Source of the DNA: Magnetococcales bacterium HHB-1
GTDB lineage: Bacteria; Pseudomonadota; Magnetococcia; Magnetococcales; JBQGBW01
Length of the DNA: 64,000 nucleotides
Direction of reading: 5' to 3'
Assembly (NCBI GenBank): GCA_052043475.1
Contig: JBQGBW010000009.1
Span: 1,818-65,817 of the forward strand
Notes under the pieces: model-generated
Databases searched by the model: none
Told to the model about the DNA's origin: nothing
What the model saw: only the letters and a program-made list of their open reading frames with translations
Shown: positions 46,536 through 56,885 of the stretch, piece by piece
Numbering within the stretch: position 1 is the stretch's first letter
Layout of the letters: the number at the start of each line of letters is the position of its first letter
Position numbers and translations under genes: made by a program

Positions 46536-47903
46536 CTATTTAGTCAAATCTGTTTTGATCCAGAGAGGGAAGCGTGTGATAAATCCCCCTTTTTTCTTGC
46601 GGGTGATTTTCCGCCAGGGTTTTCGGATGGCTGCAAACAGAGCGCTTGTGAGTTTGAGAGGGAGAAGGTTAAGAAATAAACGCATAAAGCGTGTGGTTCC
46701 TAATGTAAAAATGAGCGCGATTAATGTTGTTGTCAGACGGATCTTGAACGGTGGTATCACCTGATAGCCGTAAGAAGGCACGCCTTTTTTTAGCCATCGA
46801 CGCAGGGATAAACGGGCCCATACGGCCACTTTTTTATTAAATAGCCCGTGAGAGTGCATCTCTAGAGCGTCATCGCGACTTGTTTTCTGGAGATGAATAA
46901 CGCCCTGCTTTGTCGCTTGAGTGAGCGCTTGCTCACCTGCTTCTGTGCGTGTGATCACAAGGGAGAACCCTTCACTGCGCTCTTCATAGCGAGGCGCCCA
47001 GGCATCGCCCACAGAGATATCTGCCAGTTCATTGCTTAGATCAACGCACGCCAAGGAGCGCTGCATGGCAAAGAACAGGGTCATATAGTTGGCATAAAAT
47101 TTAGCCATCTCGAAGGTGCGGTTATCGTGAAGCGTGATGCGTAATTTTCCTGGCCAGGCGCCAGCGCGGTATTCCACTTTGCGTATGAGGGATGTGTCGT
47201 GTACGCCCTGTTTATGGAGGTAGTTGACCACAGAAGAGGTGTGCTGAACAACGCCGCAGTAGGAGCCGATAATCAGGCTGATCGAGCGGACCAGAGGATC
47301 GCCCTCTTGCTGCATCATGCGAATGGAGTGCACCTGATCGGGGAGAGCCACAATGGCCAGAGGGCCTTTCATTGTGGCGGCTTGACGTAAAATGGTATTG
47401 ACAGGCGCAATGGAGTAACGACTCTGTTGGGTTGGTGTGAGTTGTGAGGGGTTGGTGATGACGACAGGGATGGGGCGTAAGGGTTCTCCTGGAATATCGG
47501 TTAAGCAGATTGCGCCTTCGATTGCTCCTGTACGCAGAAGGTGCTCAAGGAGTGCAGTGATAATGCCGCCGCTGGCGGCTTGACTGCGTGTTTTTGCCTC
47601 TGTTGCATAGCCCACATGGATTTCACGGGCATGGCCAAGCAGATAATCGGGCGGGGCGGATTTAAATAGCCGTTGATTCATGGCGGGAAAATCGATTCCT
47701 GCGCCCGGGCAGAAGCGGTAACAGAGATCTGAGCAGGTCTGACAAACAGATAATGGGGTGGTCATCATGGGAAGACAGAGATCCAGAGGATCGCTGAATG
47801 TGATGGCGTGTTCAGGGCAGATGGCGACACAGGTGCCGCAACGGGTACAGAGATCGATATCAATGATCTTCTGTGATAAGGTCGTAAAACTCATGGGAAT
47901 CAC
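46536..47903 (-). CDS. FrhB-family (coenzyme F420 hydrogenase/dehydrogenase beta subunit-like) protein with N-terminal 2x[4Fe-4S] ferredoxin
   Basis: Cluster motifs are CTRCGTCVAICP and CQTCSDLCYRFCPG. The FrhB-like core reads AASGGIITALLEHLL...IGSYCGVV. The 5' end overlaps the upstream ORF by 35-44 nt. Confidence 0.78.
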   Translation of the reverse strand: MIPMSFTTLSQKIIDIDLCTRCGTCVAICPEHAITFSDPLDLCLPMMTTPLSVCQTCSDLCYRFCPGAGIDFPAMNQRLFKSAPPDYLLGHAREIHVGYATEAKTRSQAASGGIITALLEHLLRTGAIEGAICLTDIPGEPLRPIPVVITNPSQLTPTQQSRYSIAPVNTILRQAATMKGPLAIVALPDQVHSIRMMQQEGDPLVRSISLIIGSYCGVVQHTSSVVNYLHKQGVHDTSLIRKVEYRAGAWPGKLRITLHDNRTFEMAKFYANYMTLFFAMQRSLACVDLSNELADISVGDAWAPRYEERSEGFSLVITRTEAGEQALTQATKQGVIHLQKTSRDDALEMHSHGLFNKKVAVWARLSLRRWLKKGVPSYGYQVIPPFKIRLTTTLIALIFTLGTTRFMRLFLNLLPLKLTSALFAAIRKPWRKITRKKKGGFITRFPLWIKTDLTK

Positions 47904-49605
47904 CGCTGGAAGAGGAGAGGGGGGGCGATATCTCAGGCGCGTTCCAGCCTGAGGGGGTCAGGGTTCGGATGATGCGCAGCGTCCCTGGTTTGTGAATTTG
48001 GAGTATGGGGTGCAATCGTGAAGGGGAGGTGATCTCACCTGGATAAAAAAAGCCACATGAAGCAAAAGAGAAGGTGAGTTCATTGCCATCGGCATAGCGT
48101 AAACGTAAATCCCCACGATAAAAAGTGATGGTGTCTTCGATAATTAGTTGATTCTCTTTGACTCTTAATTTCCGCTGAAGTGAGGCTTCTGTTTTTCCTT
48201 TGGCCACAGCACGCTGTCGAACCCGATCTAAGAGCCATCGTCTTAGGGGTTTGGGGAGCAATAGATTGGTGGCACGAAAAATAATAAGATTCCAAGGCGT
48301 GGCAATAATGGGGCGAACACGGGAGAAGTCACAGTGGGCGACGCCCTGAGCGGATTGATGTTCCGCTTTCTCCGAGGCCATATCGAGTACTTGAGCGCTG
48401 AGAACATGCTTATCTGATGTGTGAAGATAGATCCCTGCATCCACAAAAAAGTTAGTTTGATCATGAAATGTACAGCGTAATACACCGCCTTTGCGCAGGT
48501 TGGCGACAAGGTGCAGTGTCTCTGTGGAGAGCGACCATAATCCTGATGCGGGATAAAAAACGTCTTGTTGGGGAGGAGAGAGCGCTGGTGTAGAGCGTTT
48601 GGGACTGATCAGGGCCGCCTGGAGATAAAACCCGCCAAGGTAGGCTGCATAACGGTCATCTAGGCGTGGAATGACATGGCGGTTGGGAAAACGTTGTAGT
48701 CCAGAGAGCAGGCGGTTACTTATGGTGAGGGCTTTTTCATGATTACGGGCCAGACTCTCTAAGCCATAGGGGATAAAATATTCCGTATTTCGGCTACCGA
48801 TGACACCGCCTGTCGAGCCATCCGAAAAGAGGAAGGGCTCCAGAAAATTGAGCAGTTTTAAAGCGCTTTGAAACGCTTTTTGATGGCCACTTTTATCGCT
48901 ATAACGCACCAGATAGTCAAAGGTAAGGCTGCTGTAACCGATATCGGCACCGCCATATTCGGGAAACCACCCTTCGCTATGTTGGTGTTTTAACAGCGAA
49001 TCGATAACCTCTTCGCTGAGTTTCTTAAACTGTTGATCTTTGGTGAGCATGAAGGTGTTATAAATTGCTGTTGCTGCACCAGCGACCTGGTTATAAGCGA
49101 AGCTCTCTTGTTGCTGGTGGAGCCAGATACTGGCTTTACAAGCGGTATCGGTAACCTTCTTGCGGGTTGTACTGTTGAGTTGATCTTCTAACATTAACAG
49201 CGCTTCTGTGGCGCAGAATGTGGAGAATGCGGTGGCTGCATAGGAATCATGTCCTTGATAAACTTCATCAAAGGCGCCGTGGGGGCGTTGCAGCGTTGTC
49301 CAGAAGATTAATACGGCATCAATCCAGCGCAAGAGGACAGGGGAACCGGCATAGGGATTCCATGTTTTTTTTAGACGATAGGCAGAGGCGAGGATTAAAA
49401 CAAGTTCCTGAAGCTGGCTGTTGGAGATATCTTCAATGCGGTAGTGCCAATGGTTGCGACAGCAGCTTCCATAGGTGGGAGCGTGTGGTCGTCGGTCGAT
49501 CTGGCTCAGTAGAGAGGGGAGTCTTTTGATGACAGGTTCCCCTAAAATACGGCCAGGATCAAAGTTGGGTTGGGAAGGCTCTGGGGAGGACTGGCTGTTT
49601 GACAT
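47860..49605 (-). CDS. hypothetical protein (possibly alpha/alpha-toroid + beta-sandwich, heparinase II/III-like)
   Basis: 581-aa ORF embedded in the co-oriented glycan locus. The fold guess rests only on composition and pattern (WFPEYGGADIGYSS), with no firm motif. Confidence 0.55.
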   Translation of the reverse strand: MSNSQSSPEPSQPNFDPGRILGEPVIKRLPSLLSQIDRRPHAPTYGSCCRNHWHYRIEDISNSQLQELVLILASAYRLKKTWNPYAGSPVLLRWIDAVLIFWTTLQRPHGAFDEVYQGHDSYAATAFSTFCATEALLMLEDQLNSTTRKKVTDTACKASIWLHQQQESFAYNQVAGAATAIYNTFMLTKDQQFKKLSEEVIDSLLKHQHSEGWFPEYGGADIGYSSLTFDYLVRYSDKSGHQKAFQSALKLLNFLEPFLFSDGSTGGVIGSRNTEYFIPYGLESLARNHEKALTISNRLLSGLQRFPNRHVIPRLDDRYAAYLGGFYLQAALISPKRSTPALSPPQQDVFYPASGLWSLSTETLHLVANLRKGGVLRCTFHDQTNFFVDAGIYLHTSDKHVLSAQVLDMASEKAEHQSAQGVAHCDFSRVRPIIATPWNLIIFRATNLLLPKPLRRWLLDRVRQRAVAKGKTEASLQRKLRVKENQLIIEDTITFYRGDLRLRYADGNELTFSFASCGFFYPGEITSPSRLHPILQIHKPGTLRIIRTLTPSGWNAPEISPPLSSSSGDSHEFYDLITEDH

Positions 49606-49638
49606 GTTTTTGATATCCGCAATAAACTTAAGGCCGTT

Positions 49639-51057
49639 TTAGTGGATAAGAGACCAGATACCTAACGCATATCGTCGGATATCCTGGGGGGTTCGAATAA
49701 AACGGAGATGGCGACGGATCATATCGGCGCGCAGGAAGACCCTTTTATGTCCTTCGGCCTGTTTCTTTTTGAGATAATCCCGTGTCAGTCCGTGAGGGAC
49801 AAAGCTGGCATTGACCATGGAAAATTTATCATAGGCGTCACGATCCACTTTTCCATAGTGATCCGCTTGATCCCAGAAGTAGCTGCCGGGAAGGGGGGCC
49901 ATCAAGCCAAAGGTGGCAAAGTGAACAGGAAGGCTCTGTGCAAAAGAGATGGTCTCCTCAATGCTCTCTTTGGTTTCTCCTGGACTGCCGAGGATAAAGC
50001 TGCTTTTGATCGCCAGTCCAGATTTTGCAGCGAGCGAGATCATTTCACGATAGCGATCAATGGTGACCCCTTTTTCGATGGTCTCCATAATTTTGGCATT
50101 TCCGGTCTCGACGCCGACCTGAATCAGCCAGCAGCCGGACTGTTTCATTGTGCGCAGCAGATCGGCATCATAGATGTTGGCTTCAAAGTTACAGGACCAG
50201 AGCATCTTTGGAAAGTGTTTGCGCATCATCTCGCAGAAGGCGTAGAGGCGGCTTTTTTTCAGGTTGAAGGTATCATCAACGATGTAGAGTTCACGGATTC
50301 CCCAGCGGTCAACCAGTTGCTGGATCTCTTCTTTTACATAGTCGATACTGTGTGCCCTTATGCGTTTATCGAAGATATCGCGGAACTGCTTTGAGGAGGA
50401 GCAGAAGGTGCAGTGGAAGGGACAGCCACGTTGGGTATGGATGGTGGTGTGTGGTTTTTTTCGGTAGCCAAAGATTTTTTGATTGTAGCGTGTAAAATTA
50501 GATAGTAGATCTCTTGCAGGAAAGGGGAGGTCATCGAGATTTTCGACCAGTTGGCCTTTACCGCTGTTCTGAATTTGGCCATCGGCCATCCATTGAACGC
50601 CAGGAACGCTTTTTATATCGCCTTTATTAAGGATGGTTTTTACCAGGTCGCGGAAGGTATATTCACCTTCACCGGGGATAACATAGTCAAAAGCTTGGAT
50701 GCGGAGACAGTCTAATGGGCTTCCCTGGGCGTGTACACCGCCGACAACAATGGGTATCTCTGGATTCCAGCTTTTAACCATCTCGGCAATGCGTACATTT
50801 TCTGGAAAAGAGAGGGTTGTTCCTGTAAGGCCAATAATATCTGGCTGAATAGCTTTGACCTGCTTTAGAACTTTTGATGTGTCGAGATCTTCTGCATTGG
50901 CATCAAGGATATGGACAATGTGGCCCGCTTGTCGTAGTACCGCAGCAATATAGAGGAGTCCCAGTGGCGGCAGCATGGCTCCAGCCCAGCGATAACGGGT
51001 GCCATATTGAAGTTCCACAGGAACGTGAGGGTGTATGAGGAGAATCCTTCCGTTCAT
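49639..51057 (-). CDS. B12-binding-domain radical SAM protein
   Basis: The N-terminal B12-binding-like region is ILLIHPH...PPLGLLYIAAVLRQAGHIVHILDAN. The radical SAM CxxxCxxC motif is GCPFHCTFCSS. Confidence 0.9.
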   Translation of the reverse strand: MNGRILLIHPHVPVELQYGTRYRWAGAMLPPLGLLYIAAVLRQAGHIVHILDANAEDLDTSKVLKQVKAIQPDIIGLTGTTLSFPENVRIAEMVKSWNPEIPIVVGGVHAQGSPLDCLRIQAFDYVIPGEGEYTFRDLVKTILNKGDIKSVPGVQWMADGQIQNSGKGQLVENLDDLPFPARDLLSNFTRYNQKIFGYRKKPHTTIHTQRGCPFHCTFCSSSKQFRDIFDKRIRAHSIDYVKEEIQQLVDRWGIRELYIVDDTFNLKKSRLYAFCEMMRKHFPKMLWSCNFEANIYDADLLRTMKQSGCWLIQVGVETGNAKIMETIEKGVTIDRYREMISLAAKSGLAIKSSFILGSPGETKESIEETISFAQSLPVHFATFGLMAPLPGSYFWDQADHYGKVDRDAYDKFSMVNASFVPHGLTRDYLKKKQAEGHKRVFLRADMIRRHLRFIRTPQDIRRYALGIWSLIH

Positions 51058-51228
51058 TGTTTATTCCAAGTAAGTGAGGGGAAATGGAGACGGCTCAATT
51101 GAGGCGCTTCTTCTATCATGGCGTTTATCGGTGTTATGGCGTTTATCCGTGTTAAAGTTGGTCTGGGCACATATCTGGCTGTATTGTAGATTAAATGCTG
51201 TTTCTATGAATAGTTTATCAGAATTCTT

Positions 51229-53145
51229 TTATCCTATCCAACCCGGTTCCTGATCAATAAAGATACGAAACCAGAGTTCCAACATGACGAGAGAGAAGAT
51301 CTGTTTTCCATAGATGAACTCGCCACTGTTGAGGCTGTTGAGTAGAAACGTAACATGGTTGGTATTGAACAGGCCGCGTTTCTCCATACGGCCATCGGTC
51401 AGTAGGGCCTGGGTCATCTCTTTGAGTGGTGATTGGCGAAGATAGTTTTCTGTTGGAATGTAGAAGGGTTTTTTCCGGCGTTGGCTCATCTCTCCAGGAA
51501 AGACGCGTTCGAGGTAGCGACGTAGGAGCCATTTATTTTGTCGGCCACGGATTTTCATCTGTGGGGGTTGGCTGGCAAGAAATTGGAGCAGGTTGGTATC
51601 GAGAAAGGGGACACGTCCTTCGATACCATTGGCCATGGTCATTTTATCCTGTTTGGTCAAGATATCATCTGGTAACCAATGTTTATATTGCCAGAGGAGC
51701 ATCTGATTAAAAAAAATTTCAAAGGTCTCTTTGGGGGCGTTCTCTATTGAGGGCGAGAGGTGTTGCATTTTTTTGGTATAGAGTGCTTCTTTATCCCGTG
51801 AGTCGAAGAGTGAGATCAAGAAACGATAATTTTTATCCAGACTTCGGGTGGGAAGATGACGGATAAAGTCGCTCAGTTTGCGTTGGCCTCTTTGGCCTAA
51901 ACCGGCGGGATAATCGAACGCGGTATTAATCAGTGCTGTGGGGAGTTTATTGAGTAGAGGAGCCAGGATATGGCGCAACAGAGGTGCGGGTATTCGGTGG
52001 CGCAGTTGGCGCGACCGCAACAGAACCTTGTGCATAAAATAGCCGCCCAGGGCTTCATCGGCGCCATCGCCGCTGAGGATGACCTTGACCTCTTTGGATG
52101 CGGCTTGTGAGAGCAGATGCATGGGCAGAACAATGGCGTCTCCTATCGGCTCATCCAGCTTATGAACAATATCTGGTAGTCGGGCGCACTCTTCTGCTTG
52201 GCAGATGATCTCATGGTGTTCGCACCCCAAGCGTTGGGCGCTCTCCTTGGCTTGATCCAGTTCATCTCCAGGCCAACCGAAGCCTACGGAGAATGTTTTA
52301 ACGGGTTGACTCACCATGCGACTCATGGCGGCAACAATGGCGTTGGAGTCTAAACCGCCACTTAAGTAGGCGCCAAGGGGGACATCGCTGATAAGGCGTA
52401 TTCGAACGGCCTCTTCGAACTGCTCAGAAAAGGTATCGATGGCGGTTTTATCATCCAGGATTTCTTTGGGCGCGGAGGGTTCTGGGGGGTGCCAATAGCG
52501 ATGGAGTGTGGGTTCTGTTTTTGCGTTCCAGTGCATCCAGTGGCCGGCAGGGAATTTTCGGATCCCCTTAAACATCGTCTCTGGTCCTGGACTGTAGCGG
52601 TAGGTCAGATAACGATCGATGGCTTTTAAATCGGCTTCTCTGGAGACCTCGGGCATGGCCAGGATCGATTTGATCTCTGAGGCAAAAATCATTTTTCCTG
52701 GCTTCTGCCAGATGTAGAGCGGTTTGATGCCAAGGCGGTCTCTTGCCAGAAACAGCGTCTCTTTTTGTCGATCAAGGATGGCGATGGTAAACATGCCGTG
52801 CAGGGCGTCAAGGCAGGCCGGACCGCGCTCTTCATAGAGATGAATAATCACCTCTGTATCGGTTTGTGTTCTAAAATGGTGTCCGCGTTCAATGAGCGTT
52901 TTTCTTAATTCAATGTAGTTGTAGACCTCTCCATTGAAGACAACGGCTAAGTTTTTGTTCTCGTTAAAAATGGGTTGTTGTCCGCCATCCAGATCGATAA
53001 TACTCAAACGGCGCATGCCTATGGCGTTGTTTCCTGAAACCAGGCTTCCCTGACCATTTGGACCACGATGATAAATGGCTTCAACCATGTTTTCCAAAAA
53101 AGGTGCGGCTTCAGAAAAGCCACCATAGCCACAAATTCCACACAT
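51229..53145 (-). CDS. asnB: asparagine synthase (glutamine-hydrolysing) family amidotransferase
   Basis: N-terminal nucleophile MCGICGY and the PP-loop YLSGGLDS, in a 638-aa protein. The symbol denotes the family only; the locus context suggests a glycan amidotransferase role. Confidence 0.9.
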   Translation of the reverse strand: MCGICGYGGFSEAAPFLENMVEAIYHRGPNGQGSLVSGNNAIGMRRLSIIDLDGGQQPIFNENKNLAVVFNGEVYNYIELRKTLIERGHHFRTQTDTEVIIHLYEERGPACLDALHGMFTIAILDRQKETLFLARDRLGIKPLYIWQKPGKMIFASEIKSILAMPEVSREADLKAIDRYLTYRYSPGPETMFKGIRKFPAGHWMHWNAKTEPTLHRYWHPPEPSAPKEILDDKTAIDTFSEQFEEAVRIRLISDVPLGAYLSGGLDSNAIVAAMSRMVSQPVKTFSVGFGWPGDELDQAKESAQRLGCEHHEIICQAEECARLPDIVHKLDEPIGDAIVLPMHLLSQAASKEVKVILSGDGADEALGGYFMHKVLLRSRQLRHRIPAPLLRHILAPLLNKLPTALINTAFDYPAGLGQRGQRKLSDFIRHLPTRSLDKNYRFLISLFDSRDKEALYTKKMQHLSPSIENAPKETFEIFFNQMLLWQYKHWLPDDILTKQDKMTMANGIEGRVPFLDTNLLQFLASQPPQMKIRGRQNKWLLRRYLERVFPGEMSQRRKKPFYIPTENYLRQSPLKEMTQALLTDGRMEKRGLFNTNHVTFLLNSLNSGEFIYGKQIFSLVMLELWFRIFIDQEPGWIG

Positions 53146-53256
53146 TATGTATTTCTCACAAATTTAAGTTTGAGAGGCTACGCCATAAAAAAGAACAAAA
53201 GCTTTGATCTGTTTTTTCGTTCGGTTTTCTAAAGGCGGCTGTTATTGATGATGCAA

Positions 53257-55962
53257 CTAGAGAGGGGAGTTGGTCAGACAGCCGGGATCTTTTTTCAGTG
53301 TTCCGTCCAGTTCTCGACAGTGCGTGAGATCTTCAAGGTATTTTTTGACCTCTTTTAATCCCGTTTTCTCCAGAATTTTGCCTGGAATCAGCTCGATTCT
53401 TTTTGCTGAACTGTCAATGACCAGTTGTATGCGGCGTGCGGATCGGCTATCAAAAATGAGTGCTGTGCGGTTCCATTCGGGTTGGATGATCCATTCACCG
53501 GAGTCTGCATCGCGTACGCCCATCCAGGGTGTTGGGTTGCCATAAATTGTTGGTTCAACAATAATTGTTCTATTTGGTGTTACCGTAACAGGTGCACTGG
53601 TGAGTGTGTAGTGTGATGAATCTCCTTGAACAATCAAACGGCCGTTTTCTATGCTGCGGTTGCGTTGATCTGTATTGAGTTGCCAACTGTTTGCATCAGG
53701 AAAGGGGCGTTCACGCCAGTTGTGTGGTTTGGGTTGCAGGACCTTCTGCACGGCAGTAATTGAGAAGTTTGCATTTTTAGAGTCATCGAACTGACTTAAA
53801 ACCAGTAGGCCGCCAGGGTGTTTCGCCAGTAGATACAGGGTTTGATTGCGTGCGTTATAGGTGTAGGGGGCGATATCCATACGCACGCCCATATCAATGG
53901 CAAAATCGGCAAAATGCATTGTTGAGGTGGCGACAAGGGCGCCATAATGGTCGAAATCTACATTGTTGACTTTGGCAGAGATGAGATAGGTTCCAGCGGG
54001 CAGGTGCGTGGATTGGGAGCGATGGGCTTGCGCGATTTTTTTGGAATTTTTTGTGTGTTTTTCAGGTGCAGCCTGTTTATTCAGGCAGTAGAGATCAAAG
54101 TGTGCAGGCGTTGGTGTCGGGATAAAGGAATGCTCTTGGACAGGCTCTACGCTTCGGGCCCATGGGCTGTCCCAGCCTTGATGAACCGCCACTTCAGGGG
54201 GGAGATATTTTTTTTGATCTTTTTGTGGTGAGAGGGTATAGGTTCTTGTAATGCTGTTGGGGGGGGCACTCACCAGCTTTGAAAGGGTAAACGCCTGGTC
54301 AGGATAGAGGGTGTTGACCAGGAAGAACTGGCTACCAAACTGTACTCCTGCATCATAGACCTGTTTTAAGGTTCTTGGTGTCTCTTTCTGGCCGAAATAG
54401 AGCATGTGGCATAGTAGTTCTTGACTGTGTGGTGCGCCCATGATCAGCACATGGGGCATGATTTTTTTTCGTTGTTCGGCTGTTTGAACTCCAGACAGGC
54501 GGATCGCATCAAGGGTGGAGGTGTAGTGTATGCGTTTAGTTGAGGTGAGTCCTAGTTGCAGGAGTCCCCAAACGCGGCTGTTATGAGGAATGTTGCCAAC
54601 AACCTCTTTGATCATCTCTTGATAGGGAATGCTTCCTTTTGCATGGTTGATCCAATGGAGGCGGGACATCTTTATCGGGAGATCAAATAGGCGCCAGGGG
54701 AGAAAAATAATTGGAATCAGTGCCAAGGCGAACAGGCTGGCGAAAAAAGGTTCAAGTCTGTTGCCTGATTGGGGCCAGTGGTGGCGCCACAGGAGGGATA
54801 GGGTGGTGATAATCGCGGTGCAGGCCCAGATGAGCAGGAGGTGGTTAAGGTAGGTGTAGCCCAGGTGAAAGCTTTTATAGAGCCCAAGGGAGGCCGTAAA
54901 GATAACAAAAGCAGAACAACCGGGCAGAATGCGCATGAGATGGCGTGCAGAGAGCGCCGAAAATCGATGGATTGTGCTGGCGACTGCGATGGTGACGATT
55001 GTGAGCACAATCCAGGCGCCATAGATGATTTTTTCAAGGCCGGGCCAGCCGTGGGCGAGGTGTTTTTCTACGGTTTGCCAGAAGGTTAAATCATTAACAA
55101 AGACAACGTTACTATATCCCAGGCTGAATGATATCAGTGTTCCCAGGCGGAAGTCGATGGCATAGAGAAAAATAGCAAAGGAGGTTAAACCTCCGGCGCT
55201 CAAGGCGATAAAGGTTTGTCGGGGGACGTTTTTTGGGGGGGACGTTTGAAAGGAGTAGAGGGCCCATATGCCTACAGCCCACAAAGGCATCGCCCAGAGT
55301 ATGTAGTGGTTGGTTGTTGCCATTCCTACAAAAAGACCTGTAAAATACCAGTCTCGTGGTGCATTTTTTGCGCAGGCTTTCTGGATGGAAATGAGGGCAA
55401 ACAGCATAAGTAAAGGGTTGAAGATATCTGGCCGGAACATCGGTGAGTGGATGCGCCAATAGATAAACAGTATGGACAGAGCCATAAATGTGGCGGCAGA
55501 GAGGGCGTGGCGCCGCCAGAAAAAGAAACCGCCAAAAGTGATGACAAGGATACTTAAAGGGTGGATGAGGCGTAAAATGCCGTAGGAGGTGCCAAAGATA
55601 AAGTCGAGTGCCGCGCTGGCTGTGAATATCCAAGGGCCGTACGTATAGAACCCTGTTAAACGAACAGCGGTGTTATAGCTTCCGCTCCCTGGGTTGAGTG
55701 GAAAGCCATATTGGCCATGTTCGGAGAGGTAGACAGGGATATTGGCCAGGGAGTCATCCCAACCGATATGGGGCGCGGCATCGAAGGTTTGGATTGCGAA
55801 GCGAAGGATAACGATTGCAGCGGCAATCAATAGGAGCAGGATGACGAATTCTAATCGTGATCTACTCTCTTGTGAGAAGAGGCGCGCGCGCATAGATGAG
55901 AGTCCTAAGCTTTGGGATTTTTTGATGTTGTGCGGAGCGTTTGCAGTTCGCGTCGAATCCAC
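53257..55962 (-). CDS. large polytopic membrane protein, GT-C (ArnT/PMT-like) glycosyltransferase candidate with ~430-aa periplasmic C-terminal domain
   Basis: About 12-14 predicted TM helices in the first ~470 aa. An acidic WDD motif sits in the first loop after TM1 (APHIGWDDSLAN). The C-terminal half is soluble. An alternative start is ATG 55893 (MRARLF). Confidence 0.6.
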   Translation of the reverse strand: MDSTRTANAPHNIKKSQSLGLSSMRARLFSQESRSRLEFVILLLLIAAAIVILRFAIQTFDAAPHIGWDDSLANIPVYLSEHGQYGFPLNPGSGSYNTAVRLTGFYTYGPWIFTASAALDFIFGTSYGILRLIHPLSILVITFGGFFFWRRHALSAATFMALSILFIYWRIHSPMFRPDIFNPLLMLFALISIQKACAKNAPRDWYFTGLFVGMATTNHYILWAMPLWAVGIWALYSFQTSPPKNVPRQTFIALSAGGLTSFAIFLYAIDFRLGTLISFSLGYSNVVFVNDLTFWQTVEKHLAHGWPGLEKIIYGAWIVLTIVTIAVASTIHRFSALSARHLMRILPGCSAFVIFTASLGLYKSFHLGYTYLNHLLLIWACTAIITTLSLLWRHHWPQSGNRLEPFFASLFALALIPIIFLPWRLFDLPIKMSRLHWINHAKGSIPYQEMIKEVVGNIPHNSRVWGLLQLGLTSTKRIHYTSTLDAIRLSGVQTAEQRKKIMPHVLIMGAPHSQELLCHMLYFGQKETPRTLKQVYDAGVQFGSQFFLVNTLYPDQAFTLSKLVSAPPNSITRTYTLSPQKDQKKYLPPEVAVHQGWDSPWARSVEPVQEHSFIPTPTPAHFDLYCLNKQAAPEKHTKNSKKIAQAHRSQSTHLPAGTYLISAKVNNVDFDHYGALVATSTMHFADFAIDMGVRMDIAPYTYNARNQTLYLLAKHPGGLLVLSQFDDSKNANFSITAVQKVLQPKPHNWRERPFPDANSWQLNTDQRNRSIENGRLIVQGDSSHYTLTSAPVTVTPNRTIIVEPTIYGNPTPWMGVRDADSGEWIIQPEWNRTALIFDSRSARRIQLVIDSSAKRIELIPGKILEKTGLKEVKKYLEDLTHCRELDGTLKKDPGCLTNSPL

Positions 55963-56885
55963 CAGAGTTCTTTATTCAGTGAGATGTTCTGATAGGTGAG
56001 CACGCCGACAATAAAGATAAGAAAAGCGAATAGAAAGAGAAAGAAGGCGGTGAAGAGTACATAGATGGAGGGGGTAGGGAGAAAAAGGCGATAGATGGCA
56101 TCAAAGAAGAAGACGAGTCCCAGTAGGGCCAGAGCAATGCTGGCTGGAAAGATATAGCGAAAGGGGGCGGATACCAGGGTAAAGAGGGCATGGCTACGCA
56201 TGATCTTACCCATTTTCTTAGGTTTGCTTTGACGTTGGGTTTTATTGCCAGCCAGAAGTTTATGCTCCTGCCAGGCAAGAATGGCAGGAATTTCGATGAT
56301 GTGGTAGTTAAAGGCGAGTGCTTTGCTGACCACCTCAAGGTGAAACTCTTTTCCTTTTTCGCTTAGAGGGAGGTTGCGTATCGCATCGCGGCGATAGCCG
56401 CGGGTCATGCCGGTATACATGGTTAGCGGAACGCCTAAACTGGCGCGAATCAACTGGTTCCCCATCTGGCTGAGCCAGACTCTTTTTTTGGGAACATTTT
56501 CATAACGCCCCTTATCGAGGTTGGGGGAGGCGATGACGATATCGGCTTCTGGTGTCTCTTTGAGGGCTTGTGCTAAACGGTGTGGAATATCATCTCCCCA
56601 GGAGCAGTCGATCTCTGTTGTGATAATAAACTCACCTTTTGCCTGAAAAATCCCTGTATGTAAGGCGTGTCCGCGTCCCTGGTTCTGGTCGTAACTGACC
56701 AGGCGAAGTCGTGCGTTCTGTTCGGCAATTTTGCTGACGATCTCTTTAGAGTTATCTTTGGAGCCATCGTTGACAACGATGAGTTCCCATGGTTCTTCCA
56801 AGCTCTCCAGGTTGCGCAGCATGCGTTGGACTGCTTTTTCGATGATGGCGGATTCATTATAAAAAGGACAGACAATAGAGATCAT
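55905..56885 (-). CDS. GT2 polyprenyl-phosphate sugar synthase-like glycosyltransferase (ArnC/GtrB/DPM1 type)
   Basis: The N-terminus is MISIVCPFYNES, the DxD region is IVVNDGSKD, and two TM helices lie at the C-terminus. It is the first gene of the co-oriented locus. Confidence 0.87.
   Translation of the reverse strand: MISIVCPFYNESAIIEKAVQRMLRNLESLEEPWELIVVNDGSKDNSKEIVSKIAEQNARLRLVSYDQNQGRGHALHTGIFQAKGEFIITTEIDCSWGDDIPHRLAQALKETPEADIVIASPNLDKGRYENVPKKRVWLSQMGNQLIRASLGVPLTMYTGMTRGYRRDAIRNLPLSEKGKEFHLEVVSKALAFNYHIIEIPAILAWQEHKLLAGNKTQRQSKPKKMGKIMRSHALFTLVSAPFRYIFPASIALALLGLVFFFDAIYRLFLPTPSIYVLFTAFFLFLFAFLIFIVGVLTYQNISLNKELWWIRRELQTLRTTSKNPKA

Noticed and set aside
49708-50394. 228-aa plus-strand ORF antisense to the radical SAM gene
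   Set aside because: It is embedded in a CDS with clear B12-binding and CxxxCxxC motifs, and the antisense translation has no recognisable features.
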